Part shown: positions 13,920 through 28,290 of the stretch, piece after piece | Numbering within the stretch: the first letter of the stretch is position 1 | How the letters are laid out: each line of letters opens with the position of its first letter | Made by a program: the position numbers and the translations under genes | Assembly: GCA_951406725.2 (NCBI GenBank) | Contig: OX597815.1 | Coordinates: 19,406,001-19,470,000, forward strand | DNA: 64,000 bases | Reading direction: 5' to 3' | DNA from: Octopus vulgaris | Lineage: Eukaryota | The notes under the pieces: generated by a model | Databases searched by the model: none | The model's input: only the letters and a program-made list of their open reading frames with translations | What the model was told of the DNA's origin: nothing

Positions 13920-15021
13920 AGAGAGACAGAGAGACAGAGAGACAGACAGAGAGAGAGAGAGAGATTCATATATTTATATATGTACGCGCATCCATATATG
14001 TGTGTGAGTATGTGTGAGTTTGTGTAACTCAATATCCAACTATACGCAGGAGCTATATACACAGAAGGAACAAACACACCCACGTATGTGCCTGCATATC
14101 TTCACGTGTGTGTGTATGTATGTGTTTGTGTACGTGTGTGTTTGTGTATGTGTATGTTTGTGTACGTGTGTGTGTGTGCATGTGGTATCATGTATGTGTA
14201 AGTTAGCTACTTTGTTCTTTGTTATATATTGTTTGACTAAATGAGGCTATAAAATGATAATGTTCGTCGGTGTATTTATATCACAAGAACATTTCTCATT
14301 GCTTATCGATTTTCTCTGATCGTTGAAAGATAATTAAAACATGTCTCCAGTAACTGCTAACGTGACCTCTTCAATGTGCTAATACACTAATTATAACAAT
14401 AGCCCACATTCTAATTATTAATTTACAATAAGACAAATCTACGCTCTATATTTTTTCTTCGCTATGTATAACATACACTGATACCAATAATAATCATAAA
14501 CATCCGGATGTACATTCTCTTGGAGTACGTGCCGTAATATCGTACTGATCATTGATTGGATACTAGGCTTGATATAGTTATAAGCTCAACAGTACGCTTT
14601 CATTTTTGTTTTTGATCATCTTCCCAAGATTTAAGATACTCCGTTCTTATGGCAGATATTGATAATCCTGCCTCAATAGATATTTTATCTTATGATTAAC
14701 AATTATGGTTTAGAAATCCTTACCTTGAAAAGAAATTGACTTACACTAAACAATTTCACAAAATTCAAGATATCCGCCATAATATTTCATTACGTGTTCA
14801 TCTGCGTGTTATTTTCCTTAAAACGTAGAATAGTTAAACTGTATTGCCTTTTACAGAATGTTGAACAAGGATTAAACAATATGTTTTATATAACTTACCA
14901 TGAAATATTTGAGATTTATAAAGCTGATAAAGAAAGCTGTGTGCGAGTGTGCGTGTGTGTGGATAATTGTGTGCGTGCCTGTGTGTGTGTGTGTGTGAGC
15001 ATACATAAAAAAGAAATTGAA

Positions 15022-15240
15022 AATGCACAGGGTTCGTTTAGAATTTCTATTTAAACACTTTTAAGGACTTAACACGTTTCACGGATTTCTCTGATTTTCA
15101 AACGGTTCACAGAGAAATCTGTGAAACCGGTTAAGTGTTTAAACATTTTTAAATAGAAAATCTAAACGAATCCTAGTGCAGTTTTCTACCCGCGGGGGAA
15201 AAACGATATCCTAGTGCATATTTCTACCCGCGGGGAAAAA
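15022..15240. mobile_element. Palindromic probable PLE terminal remnant plus short duplication
   Basis: Arms ~15023-15082 and ~15111-15180 are imperfect reverse complements carrying a GAAACCGGTTA half-motif; cctagtgca..tttctacccgcgggg occurs twice at 15172-15240. Confidence 0.55.
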
Positions 15241-15252
15241 ATTAAATTGTTT

Positions 15253-15282
<30 letters not shown>

Positions 15283-15285
<3 letters not shown>

Positions 15286-15506
15286 CGAGAAGTTGAGGTT
15301 ATAAGAGATAATGGGGTCATTGAAACCCAAAGGTGTCACTCTCCATTTTGTATCACATCTAAACTATGACTTAACCATCCCCTCATACCGTCTCCGATGA
15401 AGGGATATAATTAATAAATATCCTTGAGACAGCTGTAAGACCTTCTATCTAAAAATGCTCTAATATCTACACAGCCTTGGTTTTTTTTATCTTACTACGC
15501 AAAATT

Positions 15507-15510
<4 letters not shown>
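15283..15510 (+). mobile_element. PLE pLTR-like cassette, same family as 42081-42542, flanked by (TA)n
   Basis: Close similarity to 42389-42542 and 42081-42116; contains an HHR fold. Confidence 0.75.
15390..15441 (+). ncRNA. Type I hammerhead motif, mutated core
   Basis: GTCT CCGATGA AGGGATAT-loop-ATATCCTT GAGAC AGCT GTA AGAC; carries a U4C change and GAGA in place of GAAA. Confidence 0.65.
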
Positions 15511-15549
<39 letters not shown>

Positions 15550-15551
15550 TT

Positions 15552-15582
<31 letters not shown>

Positions 15583-17804
15583 TGAGGGAATACGTAACTT
15601 TAAAGGCATTAAAATATTATGTTGCTACACTGCATATGTTCCATTTTCTGAAACGTGAATCAAAAGTCTCAGTGCCTTTCTTTGAGGAGATCTATACCTA
15701 CTGAAGCAAAATCATTCTAGCCGCCAACATACTGAAATTGTGTATATCAAGGTGACTACAGTATCCAGTGTACTTTTGTCCTAAAAGCGTGATTTGAGAG
15801 ACATTCGACTGCTATATAACCTGATTAGCAATAGAAACCAAGGTTTCATTCACTGAAATCTTTTCATTTACTATTCTGTACTTACGAATTCAATTACCAA
15901 AATACTAGTTCAAAATTCTAATTATTCTGACATTCTTTTGTTCTTTTATTAATGAGTTTATTCGACGGCATCCTGCTTGAACACCGTTTTTATTGTGTTC
16001 TATGGTTTAGTCGAGCATATTTACCGTAGTATATATTTCAGTCTGTTAATTATTTTATCGAATTCTGTTTATCGAAAACATAAGTTATGCCTTTTGACAC
16101 AAGAACGATAGTCACAAACACACACGCGTGCGCGCACGTGTATGAGTGTCTGTACTAGGCAGCTCGAGAATAAATGCATGTCCAAATTTTTTTTACGTTG
16201 AGATTGAACCCAGACTCAGATGTTTGCGAAGCGAACGACTTAACTGGTAATTTTGGTAATATTTATTTTCCTAATTTTTGAAATACTCAGCAATTTTTTT
16301 TTACGGCAAAATTTAAATTTAATGTTCTAAAGTTCTCTTTATATGCCGTAAGTTATTTACAAATTTAATCAACCGTTTAACTCGTTCTATTAATGGAAAT
16401 TCAAGAAAGCATTAAAAAAACTATCACCATATGCGTAACATTTTGAACCAGTTGTGCATTAAAGTTAACCTGATAAACAAATGTAAATAAATGGGGAAAC
16501 GTCTGCATGGCGTTCATTGATTTTTAAATAGAAATGTAATTTCCATAGTATCCACTATATTAATACGTGAAGAAATTACATTGAATCAAACTTAAGCCCC
16601 CTTGGTCTTTATCAAGAAACATAATTGATCATGACAGCTCATACGTCATCGATGACGTCACGTTTCCAATTCTTTTCATCGAAGATTAATGGCATCTTAA
16701 AATGTAGTGTTTCTTAAGATAAAATTGGAAGCTGCACTGTCAGTTTTTAAAAGTCAACTTTACCTTTTTTCGGTTTTCGTTGTATAAACATTGTACTAAT
16801 TCATTGATAGATAATTATCAATAGAGAAAAAAAACGTAAGCAATTTGCAGAGGACGAGAGTGAGAAAGGAGCGGATTACTATCACATGTCGATCTCTAGC
16901 TTTAAAATAAAACCAACGTGCTCTCCTTACTCGGCCTTTGTTTTTGCTGGTATTCTTTGGAGCTGACTCGTCTCGTACCAAATCCACTCATCTGTCGCTC
17001 CTTCTTTTCGACACTCATTGCGACTAAGCCTTCACCAAAGACTTCGCACTAACCACAAACTCCAACCTTCTCTTCCAGAAGGTATTCATTCTATTACCCC
17101 TGACTTCTGACTATGATCTCCATTATGTTGTTCTAGAACAACCTTCACTATATCTATCTCCACAAGAAGCTATACTAAATCCCTCCTTCTAGGTTAAACT
17201 CTTATTACAAGTTAGCGTGAGAGAGAGAGAGAGAGAGAGAGAAATGGAAACAGAAAAAAAGAGAGAGAGAACGAAACAGAGAGAGTAGATAGGTGGATGC
17301 TAGAAACTTAATGTGAAAAATGTGGAATTATAGCTGTTACGAAATCCGAAACGAAAAATTAGGGAACTAGAATTGAAATCAAGAACTGCTGATCGATAAG
17401 TTTGGTGATTATTTCCCCTTTATTTCTGGAATATTCTCAAAATAAAACTAATTCCTATAGAATATTTGCCCTTTCTTTCTTTATCTCTCTCTCTCTTTCT
17501 CCCTCACTCACTCTCTCTCTATTCCCTACCCACATACATACATGTATGTTGCATTGTGATTCTCAGATATTTTACGTTTGTATCACTTGCCCAAGTGTTG
17601 ATCATTAATATTGGATTTGTTCCTTGTATGTTAGTCAATGCATCATATTGTATTGTATTCTAATCAAATCAGTATTTATAACCTTATTTATAAATTCAAC
17701 AGGGCTGGATAAAAGGGCCATTGTGACTATTATGAACTAGATTGATTAACTGGTAAACAGAGTGGTAATGAAAAACCATAGTGGTCATGAGAATTTGTGT
17801 ACAT

Positions 17805-17835
<31 letters not shown>

Positions 17836-17970
17836 CGTTTATGCGGTGAAAGTGTGTATGTGTTTGGTTAATTAGATATATAACGAAACTGATTGCAAGT
17901 CTTAGTTAGGTCTTAGAAGCTAATAACATAGCAAGTCTCTGATCAAATATGATACAATTATATATACATA

Positions 17971-17974
<4 letters not shown>

Positions 17975-18027
<53 letters not shown>

Positions 18028-18086
18028 ATATATATTTATGTATATATATATATATATATATATATACATACATATTTTTGTATATA

Positions 18087-18124
<38 letters not shown>

Positions 18125-18203
18125 CATACATATTTATGTATATGTATATATGTATATATATATATATATATATACATATATATGTATATATATATGTATA
18201 TCT

Positions 18204-18299
<96 letters not shown>

Positions 18300-18310
18300 T
18301 ATGTGTGTGT
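17975..18310 (+). repeat. Long interrupted (TA)n array
   Basis: Directly visible. Confidence 0.95.
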
Positions 18311-18689
18311 ATGCGTGTGGCTGGCTGTGCAAATGGGTGTTTGTGTGGATGCGTGTGTGTGTTTGTGTTTATATAATACCTATGGAAGATTTCTTAACAA
18401 AGAAAGTTGTAGTGTGATCTGGCATTTTTCTTTTCCATTTTATTTTTTACTTTATGAATCGAGCCAATTAGACGCCGTAATGCAGAACAAACCAGGACAA
18501 GGGAATCTCTCTTCAGTCGCTTACCGTAAGGATAAACCAAATAAATGTCCCTTGATGGCGTAGTTCTTGATAATGTAGTTCTTGAAACCCTTAAAATGTA
18601 GATAGTCATAATCTGTATAAGTCTGGATGTCTGTTCCATGAGATTGAGCTGAAACTGAGCAAAAAGGCAAAGAAGCTTAATAACCATAT

Positions 18690-18770
<81 letters not shown>

Positions 18771-18836
18771 CAGATATATATATATATATAATATATATAA
18801 TATATACATATATATATAATATATACATACATATAC

Positions 18837-18902
<66 letters not shown>
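18690..18902 (+). repeat. (GATA)n-(TA)n compound microsatellite
   Basis: Directly visible. Confidence 0.95.
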
Positions 18903-18906
<4 letters not shown>

Positions 18907-19039
18907 TCATGTACAGTTAATGTGAGATCTACAAAAGAATATTCCATCCAATGAGAGAAAAATTTCATCTAATGTATATAATATAAAGATACGAGCTACT
19001 AATAGCTTCTTGCTTGGAGTTGCATGTCTAAGCAGGTTT

Positions 19040-20440
19040 TATAATACGCTTTGTGTTTCTAAGCGTTCCTCGTGCTCTGAGCGCATGGTCTACTCAGTTT
19101 ACAAAACGACGCTGGTACAAGAGAAACTACGAGAAAAACGAGACGAAGGTAGATACAAAAAGTAAAACAGTGAATAAAAACGCAAAAAGAAAAGAGAAAG
19201 AAATTGGACTCATGTATATTTTGAACATAAATAATAGAACAGAGAGAAGTTCAAAGTCTGCGAGACAGCCATCCACTCCGGAGATTGAGTTCGCCAAAAG
19301 AAATTTGTTTGTGTATTTGCATTTGCTGAAAATTTCGGATCTGGAAATCAGCAGTGTGGTGGGATTCTAAGATCTAAAAATATATGCGATCTTTCAGCTA
19401 GGCATAAATCGCATTTCTTAGATGAATTGACATTCGGTATGGATCTATCTCCAATTTTCCACTTGGCTGAATGTGGCGTGCTTTTGGTCTGCAAAGTCCA
19501 AATGTGGCTGGCCAACTTAGAGTTGCCGATGTACTGGAAAGAAGATAAGTGGTTTGCATATGCAATACTTCGGATTGAGCAAATGCCGCGCAGACTTTGG
19601 TCCTCTCTCCGTTGAATTATTAAATTATTTGAAGGTCTTTGTATTGTCCTCTTTACTATCTTCCGTTTGTTTCTGCATCCATCTGTGGAGTATAGTAATC
19701 TCTCGACTATCGCGGGTTACGTTCCAAAACTTCTCACAGAAATAATTCAAATCTAAAAAAATATAAATACTTATCGGCCGCAGAAGCTCGGATATAAGGA
19801 GGACTCCGCGATATAGAATTATATTTATTAAGCAGAAAAATCCGCGTTGTACTGAGTGCGCGACAGGTGAACCGCGATGCGCTAAGTGCGTGACAGTTGA
19901 ACCGCAATGTACTGAGTGCACGATAGGTAAACCGCGATATTGCCAGCGATTACTGTATATCGGCAATTCAGCTCAATTTCAGGAGTCGGTCACCAAGAAC
20001 TAGATAAATATTTGTCTAGATTCACAGTAATATCACACGTCATGTACTGATTCGTAATTAATATCATGTTTTACTTTGCAATATACAGATATATCTTTGT
20101 TTCAGTGTTTGAATATTGTGCAGCCTGTGTTCTATTGTCTTGAGAGATTTGTGCAATAGCTATTTCTGTCTGTTTGTCTCTACAAGTTCCGTTTATATGT
20201 ACAGGTATATCATTGTCCATACTTAGATGTAAACGTGCATCCAAATAAGATACCAATTCTTTATCATAAGGAAAAAACAGTTTGCAGTTGAGTTGAGTCA
20301 CAGTGAAATGGAGATGAGATCCGCGGCCGTGCTAACATTAAGATGTCTGCAATATATATTATCTTCTGTTTTCGCGGATTCTTCAGAATTTATTCACTTC
20401 CATAAAAATTTCTCTTAATATGTTTACGATTCCATTTGTA
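19040..20440 (-). mobile_element. Decayed Penelope-like retroelement (RT C-terminus plus GIY-YIG endonuclease remnant)
   Basis: Minus translation of ~19280-19565 gives YANHLSSF..SKLASHIWTL..KWKIGDRSIP..KKCDLCLAE, then after a frameshift LL.SRSEIFSKCKYTNKFLL, typical of the PLE endonuclease C-terminus; upstream YIADIL and VSYLD resemble decayed RT motifs. Confidence 0.75.
19840..19940 (+). repeat. 30-bp GC-rich minisatellite, ~3.3 copies
   Basis: Units of the form ccgcgatgtactgagtgcgcgacaggtgaa. Confidence 0.8.
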
Positions 20441-20442
20441 TA

Positions 20443-20503
<61 letters not shown>

Positions 20504-20634
20504 AATAGTAAAGTGTGAAAAAACGACAGAAGGCTTAAATGTTAAAAAATATATATATTTGTGTCAAAATGTCTGGAGAATATTGGAAAAATTTTTTTTC
20601 CTTTCCTTAAAATGACATAATTTTAAAATTTTTA

Positions 20635-20674
20635 AAGAAATTACCGGTTTCGCGTGTAGCTTTTCAAATTTCTT
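20635..20674 (-). ncRNA. Minimal type I hammerhead motif with U3-A8 core variant
   Basis: Minus strand: AAGAAAT TTGAAAA GC tacac GC GAAAC CG GTA ATTTCTT; perfect 7-bp stem I, palindromic ACCGGT stem III, GUA site; lies in a cassette (20500-20778) between (TA)n arrays. Confidence 0.6.
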
Positions 20675-20775
20675 GTGACGTTATGTTTATATTGCATGGA
20701 ATTATCGTTGTTTTTATTTCCAGGCGATTTCTAAATAAGGGGAGGTAGTGAGTGATTTTTTCCGGTGTAGGGGAG

Positions 20776-20831
<56 letters not shown>

Positions 20832-21021
20832 CATATATATGTATATGTATATATATATGTATATGTATATATATATGTATATGTATATATATATGTATGT
20901 ATATATATATGTATATATATATGTATATATGTATGTATATATGTATGTATATGTATATATATATGTATATGTATATATATATGTATATATATATGTATAT
21001 ATATATATATATAATATATAC

Positions 21022-21057
<36 letters not shown>

Positions 21058-21058
21058 A

Positions 21059-21370
21059 GGCGCAATGGCCCAGTGGTTAGGGCAGCCGACTCGCAGTCGT
21101 AGGATCGCGGGTTCGATTCTCAGACCGGGCGTTGTGAGTGTTTATTGAGCGAAAACACCTAAAGCTGCACGAGGCTCTGGCAGGGGGTGGTGGCGATCCC
21201 TGCTGAACTCTTTCGCCATAACTTTCTCTCACTCTTTCTTCTGGTGGCCTGCTCGCTTAGCCAGCGCGGTGGCGTCATTTGAAGGCCAAAAAACATTGCG
21301 AAACACATTGTGACCAGCGATGTGAAACAACATCTGATAGTCTGGTCGATCACGGTGATATCACGGTGAT
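21059..21370 (+). mobile_element. tRNA-derived SINE, head B plus tail X
   Basis: tggcccagtggttaggg A box, ggttcgattc B box; homologous to 54186-54490. Confidence 0.9.
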
Positions 21371-22374
21371 ATATATATAATATATATATACGAGTATCCA
21401 TATTCTATACATTTATCATAAAAATATATCTTGAAGGGAATAATGTAGAAAAGAATGGCCTCATTATTTGTCCTTGATTTGCGGAATCGATGGAGCATCG
21501 TGCAGAATACCTTCCATTGTTTTGTTTAGTTGCTAGTCTAAATTATGTATTCAAATATGTATAAAGGCGAACGTGCTTCTTGTTATACTAGAATCAATAA
21601 AGTACTAGTCAAGTATTGGATCAAACTAAATGGACTAGACTTTGTTCTAAATATGCAGTTTTGTATCAGAGTCAGGAATTAGTAAAAAAAAAACAACCTT
21701 ATAATCGAATGATATGCTCTGTTTGTGTGGCATTTCTTGTTTAACTCCAGCTCCATTCCGGCTGAGGAGACATAATTGAAGCTGTTGTAACTATGACCAT
21801 ATTGGTGTTCTCTAAAAGATTTCGTCATCTCATACGTTGAGTTGCAAATTGCGACAAATATGGCTGCTATTTAGTTCACTCGTAAAAGCATCTCTATTTT
21901 CGCTGACTCATTGTAATGTGTAACACAGATGTAATGTTGACTTGAAAACAAATGCCACCGAGTTACATCGGAGGTATGTATTACTAACTATGGCAAGATT
22001 TACCTTGAAGACGCAGCCATTGTTCTCAACACAAAAATGGATCTAAACGAGATAATATCAATAATAGAAGAAAACTAAATAGAAAATTTTAATAGAATGG
22101 GAGGCCTTCAGGTTATATTCTCTGTTTGAATCTATTTTACTATCATTTTTTTAACTAAATTCTATTTACGCTCTTTTTCTTATTATATTATAGAGGGAAA
22201 AATACATCTTAATAATTATTTTTGGAAAGATTAATATTCTAACCACTTTTGGAACAAACTCTGGTGTTCTAACAGACAATATGAACTCATGTACATACGA
22301 ACAAATACACACTTGTTTGCACTATATTGTGTTTGTGAGTGTGCGCGTATACATCTCTCTCTCTCTCTCTCTCT

Positions 22375-22768
<394 letters not shown>

Positions 22769-23047
22769 TGAACTGAGAACCAGTCCTGTGTAACTAAGAA
22801 GCACGGTGTTTTCGTGCCAAGGCATTTATCATGTCACTCCATGCCCTTCATTTAATTCTGAAATAAATGGTTATTTAGCCATGCTGATACACATGAGTGC
22901 ATAAGACAGACACACAAATAGTCAGAGAGGCGGAGACAGAGATATGTGCGTGCATGTTTGCGCGGTGGGTGAAATTTGTATGTCTATATACATACATGGA
23001 TACATATATGTATATATATGTATATATATACATACACACACACACAC

Positions 23048-23100
<53 letters not shown>

Positions 23101-24747
23101 CATATATATATATATGTATATATATGCCCATTGAAACATTTGTATGTCTGTTTATTCGTATATATATATATATATATATATATACGTATGTTTATATGCA
23201 TGCACACGTACGTTTTTTTTTTTTCATGTAATAAAATTAATTTACTTCTTGACACTCGGAAAGCTTCTGACTCTGGACCCTCACAAATTCAGACAAACGG
23301 ATATATACATGTGTGTGTGTGTGTGTGTATGTGTGTGTGATTACTGTCACGCCTGTATAAACACATATATATATCTTTACCCCTACCTAGCGTTATAAAT
23401 GCTTATACCTCCATCTCGAGCTTACATATTTACATTTGCCTTTCAAGTGCATTAGCTTGCTACTTTTCGTTTATCTGCTCCTCACGGTATTGCAAGCATT
23501 TGTACCTCCTCAGATTTTGTGCACCACTTGAGTACCTCCCGGAAATTTTCAACAGTATCATATTTTTATTTAATTAAATTTTATCGGTGTTTTATTTCAG
23601 TTATTTTCATTTAATTCTTCTCTTAAAATTTCTCCAATTTCCTCATCAATTTTTCTACAAGTTTGTCTTAATTCTCTCTAAATTATTTCACTGTCCTCCC
23701 TGTCTCTATCCCTCTCCGCCTCTCTTACTACTTCTATCTTTCTCTCTACCTTCGACTCTCTCCCCTTCCTCTCCCCCTCTCTGTTTCTCTTTCTCTGAAC
23801 TCATCTGTTCATTTGTTTTTCAAATTCTCCTTTTTTCTATTCTTCTCCCTTGTACTTATGCAATTTACGTTCAACTTTCACCTATTTCTTTTGCCCTTTC
23901 ACGCGTCGCTCTAATTTTTAGTGCCACAGTTTATCTTGCAACAGTGTTGTATTGTTCTATTTCTCCTCTTTTGTTCAATACTGTCTTCCCCATTAAAGCA
24001 TCTCACAAACATACACTTACATACACTTCTATCACATCCCCACATTTCCGAGCTTTTCTTGAACACAAAACGGTTTCATATACACACCTACATCTGACAA
24101 TTTCACTAAACCACGTCACTATATACTTCCCTACTTCCACACTTTTACACATTTTCACACATAGCATAAAACCACGCAAACACACCTAGAGTACTCCCCG
24201 TATATATTCATCGCAAAATTCCGATGCACACCTCTATGTGCTCACACAAACATGCACGCTACTCCTTCGCCCTTCTTAGCTCCCTTCGTAGGACAGCCTT
24301 CCAGCCTTCCAACATTTTCCCTCTTTCAAACCCCTCTCGTACTTTCCTTCTATACTTTCCGTCTGACAAACGACTAGCATCCAAAGCGTTGAGATTATTT
24401 ATCTTGCTCTCTAAGCGTTAAACTAAGACAATATTATTTAAAACTTGTCTCCCAGGCTCTCGTGTTGATTTTGCTTGTTCAATTCCTATACAGTTTATGT
24501 ATGTATATATGTATGTATGCATTTATATATGGATGCATGTATGTATGCGTCTATATCTGTTTGTATATATCCATGGGCATAAATACAGTGACATTTCTAT
24601 GATTCATTAAGAAATTTTGAGTGTCTACAGAATTTTTTTAAGTATCAAGAATAGCACTCTTTTCACACTGTCTGTAAGTATACGTATGTGTGTGTGTACG
24701 TGTGTGTAACGTGTGTGTATGCATATATATATACATATATATATATA

Positions 24748-24898
24748 TTTCTCCATGTTTCTTTCTGTGTTCCTTTCTGTGGAAGAGCGTAGGCTCGAAA
24801 CTTAAAAGACTTTTTCAATTCCCGAGCGTTATACTAATACATCTGTTTATTTTCTACACCACCCCTCTTTGTCTTTTGTTTTTTCGTGAATTCTCCCC

Positions 24899-24900
<2 letters not shown>
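24748..24900 (+). mobile_element. Short HHR-like cassette family, copy 1
   Basis: Homologous to 57325-57464; CTTT CTGTGGAA GAGC gtag GCTC GAAA CTTA AAAG; flanked by microsatellites. Confidence 0.65.
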
Positions 24901-24951
<51 letters not shown>

Positions 24952-25057
24952 CAGCTATCTATCCATCTATTTATCTATCTATCTATTTATCTATCTATAT
25001 ATCTATCTATCTATCTATATATATATCTATCTATATATATATCTATCTATCTATCTA

Positions 25058-25173
<116 letters not shown>

Positions 25174-25185
25174 TAAAAAAGAACA

Positions 25186-25457
25186 GTCCCTCGGTTATGA
25201 CGCTGATACCATCAATGGAACAGACAGCTTGCTCGTGAAATTAACGTCCAAGTGTACCCTTAACGTAATTCTCAAGAATATTCAGCGTGACACAAAGTGT
25301 GACAAAGCGGGTCCTTTGAAATATAGGTACTACTCAGTTTTGCGAGCTAAGTGGTAACTAGAGCAACGTGAAATGAAGTGTCTTGCTCAAGGATACAATG
25401 CGTCGCCGGCTCACGATCGTGAGCCGAGTGCCAAAACCACTAAGCCACACGCCTTCA
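25186..25457 (-). mobile_element. tRNA-derived SINE, head A plus tail Y, decayed
   Basis: Reverse complement resembles 62182-62500, with deletions. Confidence 0.8.
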
Positions 25458-25466
25458 CACACATAC

Positions 25467-25544
<78 letters not shown>

Positions 25545-25632
25545 GTTATTCAGATGAATTAGTTATTTAAGTTGAAGCACCAAATCAGTGCGTTATTATC
25601 CATACAACCCAAAGTAAGGTGAAGAAAATCAA

Positions 25633-25908
25633 AATAAGCAACAGGATATCAAGGGCTGATGCCGTACGAACGTTTCAAGCGGTTCTATTTAATTGAACAG
25701 AGCGATCATTAAATCAATTTAAATGCAGGGCTATCTGCAGCTGCATAAATATTAGAGCCTTTGAGTAAAATTATATTAATGTGTCCGACTGGTTTGTACA
25801 GCTGAGGATAGCTCTGCCTTTAAATTGATGTAACGATTGCATTGTTCAATTAAATGGATCCGCTTGAAACGGTCGTACTGCATCACCTCTTGATATCTTG
25901 TTGCTTAT
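25633..25908. mobile_element. ~112-bp-arm inverted repeat, probable PLE terminal remnant
   Basis: 25633-25745 versus 25796-25908 are reverse complements; the right arm has CTGAGGA...GAAACGGTC. Confidence 0.65.
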
Positions 25909-25989
25909 AGTTTATTATATATATATATATATACATACATATAAATGATTAACGTGATTTTTATCCTTATATATATATCGACGTGCTTC

Positions 25990-26323
25990 GACCCCAGAAG
26001 GATGATATGTAAAGTCGACCTCGGCAGAATTTGTACTCAGAACGTAAAAACAGATGAAATGCCGCTAGACATTTCGCCCGGCGTGCTAACGTTTCTTATT
26101 TCTTTTTTGTCCATAAGGGGCTAAAACATAGAGGGTACAAACAAGGACAAAGGGATTAAGTCGATTACATCGACCCCAGTGCGTAACTGGTACTTAATTT
26201 ATCGACCCCGAAAGTATGAGATGTAAAGTCGACCATGGCGGAATTTGAACTCATAATGTAACGGCAGACGAAATAACGCTAAGCATTTAGCCCGGCGTGC
26301 TAACATTTCTGCCAGCTCTCACC
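25990..26323 (-). mobile_element. SINE family F1, one full and one partial unit
   Basis: Reverse complement resembles 1277-1510. Confidence 0.85.
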
Positions 26324-26866
26324 TGTGAAAACAAAACCGAAATTGACTAAAGAATGATGTACACCGCTATTCTCTTGCTTTAGGTGTTAAAATGTCAGTC
26401 AGGAACGCATAAAATATTCAGAAGTGCTACTTTGAGAGATTAAACTATTTATTGTCCAAATAGTCTTTTAAACAACAGAGTTGTACGTTTGTCGCCATAT
26501 AATCTCATTGTCCAGATGAGCCAAATATAATGGTTTCTAAATTTAGAAAGATTCTCTCAAATTCTCATCAAATGTGTCTTTAATGCTTTAGCATGTCTAA
26601 GCTGTACAAATGTGTTCTATAACTGAATATTTTTAACATTTCATTTAGTACAAACATATTTTTATCGTTTATAGATAATGTAACTGGGGTCTTTTTCTCA
26701 TATGATACATGCATCTACACATTGATATATATCAATATTCGCTTGATTTCTCATGCAGTCATACATGGACATATTTACACTACAGATACGCTTACATACA
26801 TATGTATATATACATATTCATATACACAAACACAAACATATATATATATATATACATACATTTGTG

Positions 26867-26900
<34 letters not shown>

Positions 26901-27621
26901 TGAATGTGTGTGTGTGTATGTATTTGTGTATGTAAACATTTATAGACTTAGATTCACATATACAATGAAAATAAGGAGACTTAAAGGCTCACTACAAGTG
27001 TATCGTCTGATATTTAATAATTTTATTGACATTAGTCTGTGTGTGTATGTGTGCGTGCATGTGTGTGTTTGTGTGCGTATATGCATGTGTGCATGTATCT
27101 AGGTATGTATGTATGTATGTATGTATGTATGTATGTATATATGTATCTATGTATATACACGCACACTCATAAACGCAGACATACATATATCGATATCAAC
27201 CCTCAAAGAATGGTAAAAAAAACTATCAAAATATTGATTATTTCCAATACGGATGTATGCATTTCCATCGATGACTACAGTAGCGCAGTTCCTGCTATCT
27301 ACTCGTAATTGATGGGCTACAATATACCATATCCATCGAGCATGTCAGAATTACTAAAATCATTCTGTATAACATGTATACAGCGCAATCCATATATATG
27401 ATGCACCATTATATATACTGAACATTAGTCATAAACATTGCAAAAGGATTGTCCAAATATATTAGTGAAGAGCGATTGTACTGATATAAACTTCGTTATT
27501 TAAAATGAATATAAGCACTATTGATATTTAAAAAAACCCTTACAATAAAGCTTATAAATATGTGAATATATTCTGGATGTTTACATTAAACATTTTTTAT
27601 CAAAGATAAAATATACTACAC

Positions 27622-27666
<45 letters not shown>

Positions 27667-27765
27667 GTGTGTGTGTTTGTGGGAGTGTGTATGTGTGTGT
27701 GTGAATATATACATATATTTTTTATTCACATATTCATATATATATATATATATACATGAACAAGC

Positions 27766-27901
27766 AGGCGCAGCAGTGTGGTAAGCAGATTGCTTCCCAA
27801 CTACATGGCTCCGGGTTCAGTCCCACAGCATGGCACCTTGGGCAAGTGTCTTATACTATAGCCTGTGAGTCGATTTGGTAGACGGAAATTAGAGGCCCGC
27901 C

Positions 27902-27991
<90 letters not shown>

Positions 27992-28290
27992 ATGTGTGTG
28001 TGTGTGTGTGTGTGTCTGTGTACATATGTATGAGTGTTTGTATGCATGTATATATGCTTGTATGTGTGTATGTATATGTGTCTTTGTGTCTCTGTTTGTC
28101 CCCATCGCCGCTTGACAACCGGTGTTGGTGTTTTTACGTCCCCGTAAAATAGAGGTTCGCCAAAGGAGAATGATATAATAAGTCCTAGGTTTAATAAATA
28201 TGTCCTGGGATTGATTTGTTCGACTAAAAAATCCTCTGAGGCGGTGCCCCAGCCTGGCCGCACTTAAATGACTGAAACAAGTATAAGAAT
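27766..28290 (+). mobile_element. SINE family C with expanded internal microsatellite
   Basis: Homologous to 12726-13140. Confidence 0.85.

Noticed and set aside
14718-14740. Minus-strand tttcttttcaag|gtaagg
   Set aside because: AAG acceptor is weak and the strand is opposite to the better candidate; chance is plausible.
19840-19940. CRISPR-like periodicity
   Set aside because: Contiguous tandem units without unique spacers, in a eukaryotic context with no cas genes.
23587-24189. 200-aa L/S/F/P-rich ORF
   Set aside because: Product of a pyrimidine-rich low-complexity tract, probably a decayed retroelement 3' region; no domain recognised.
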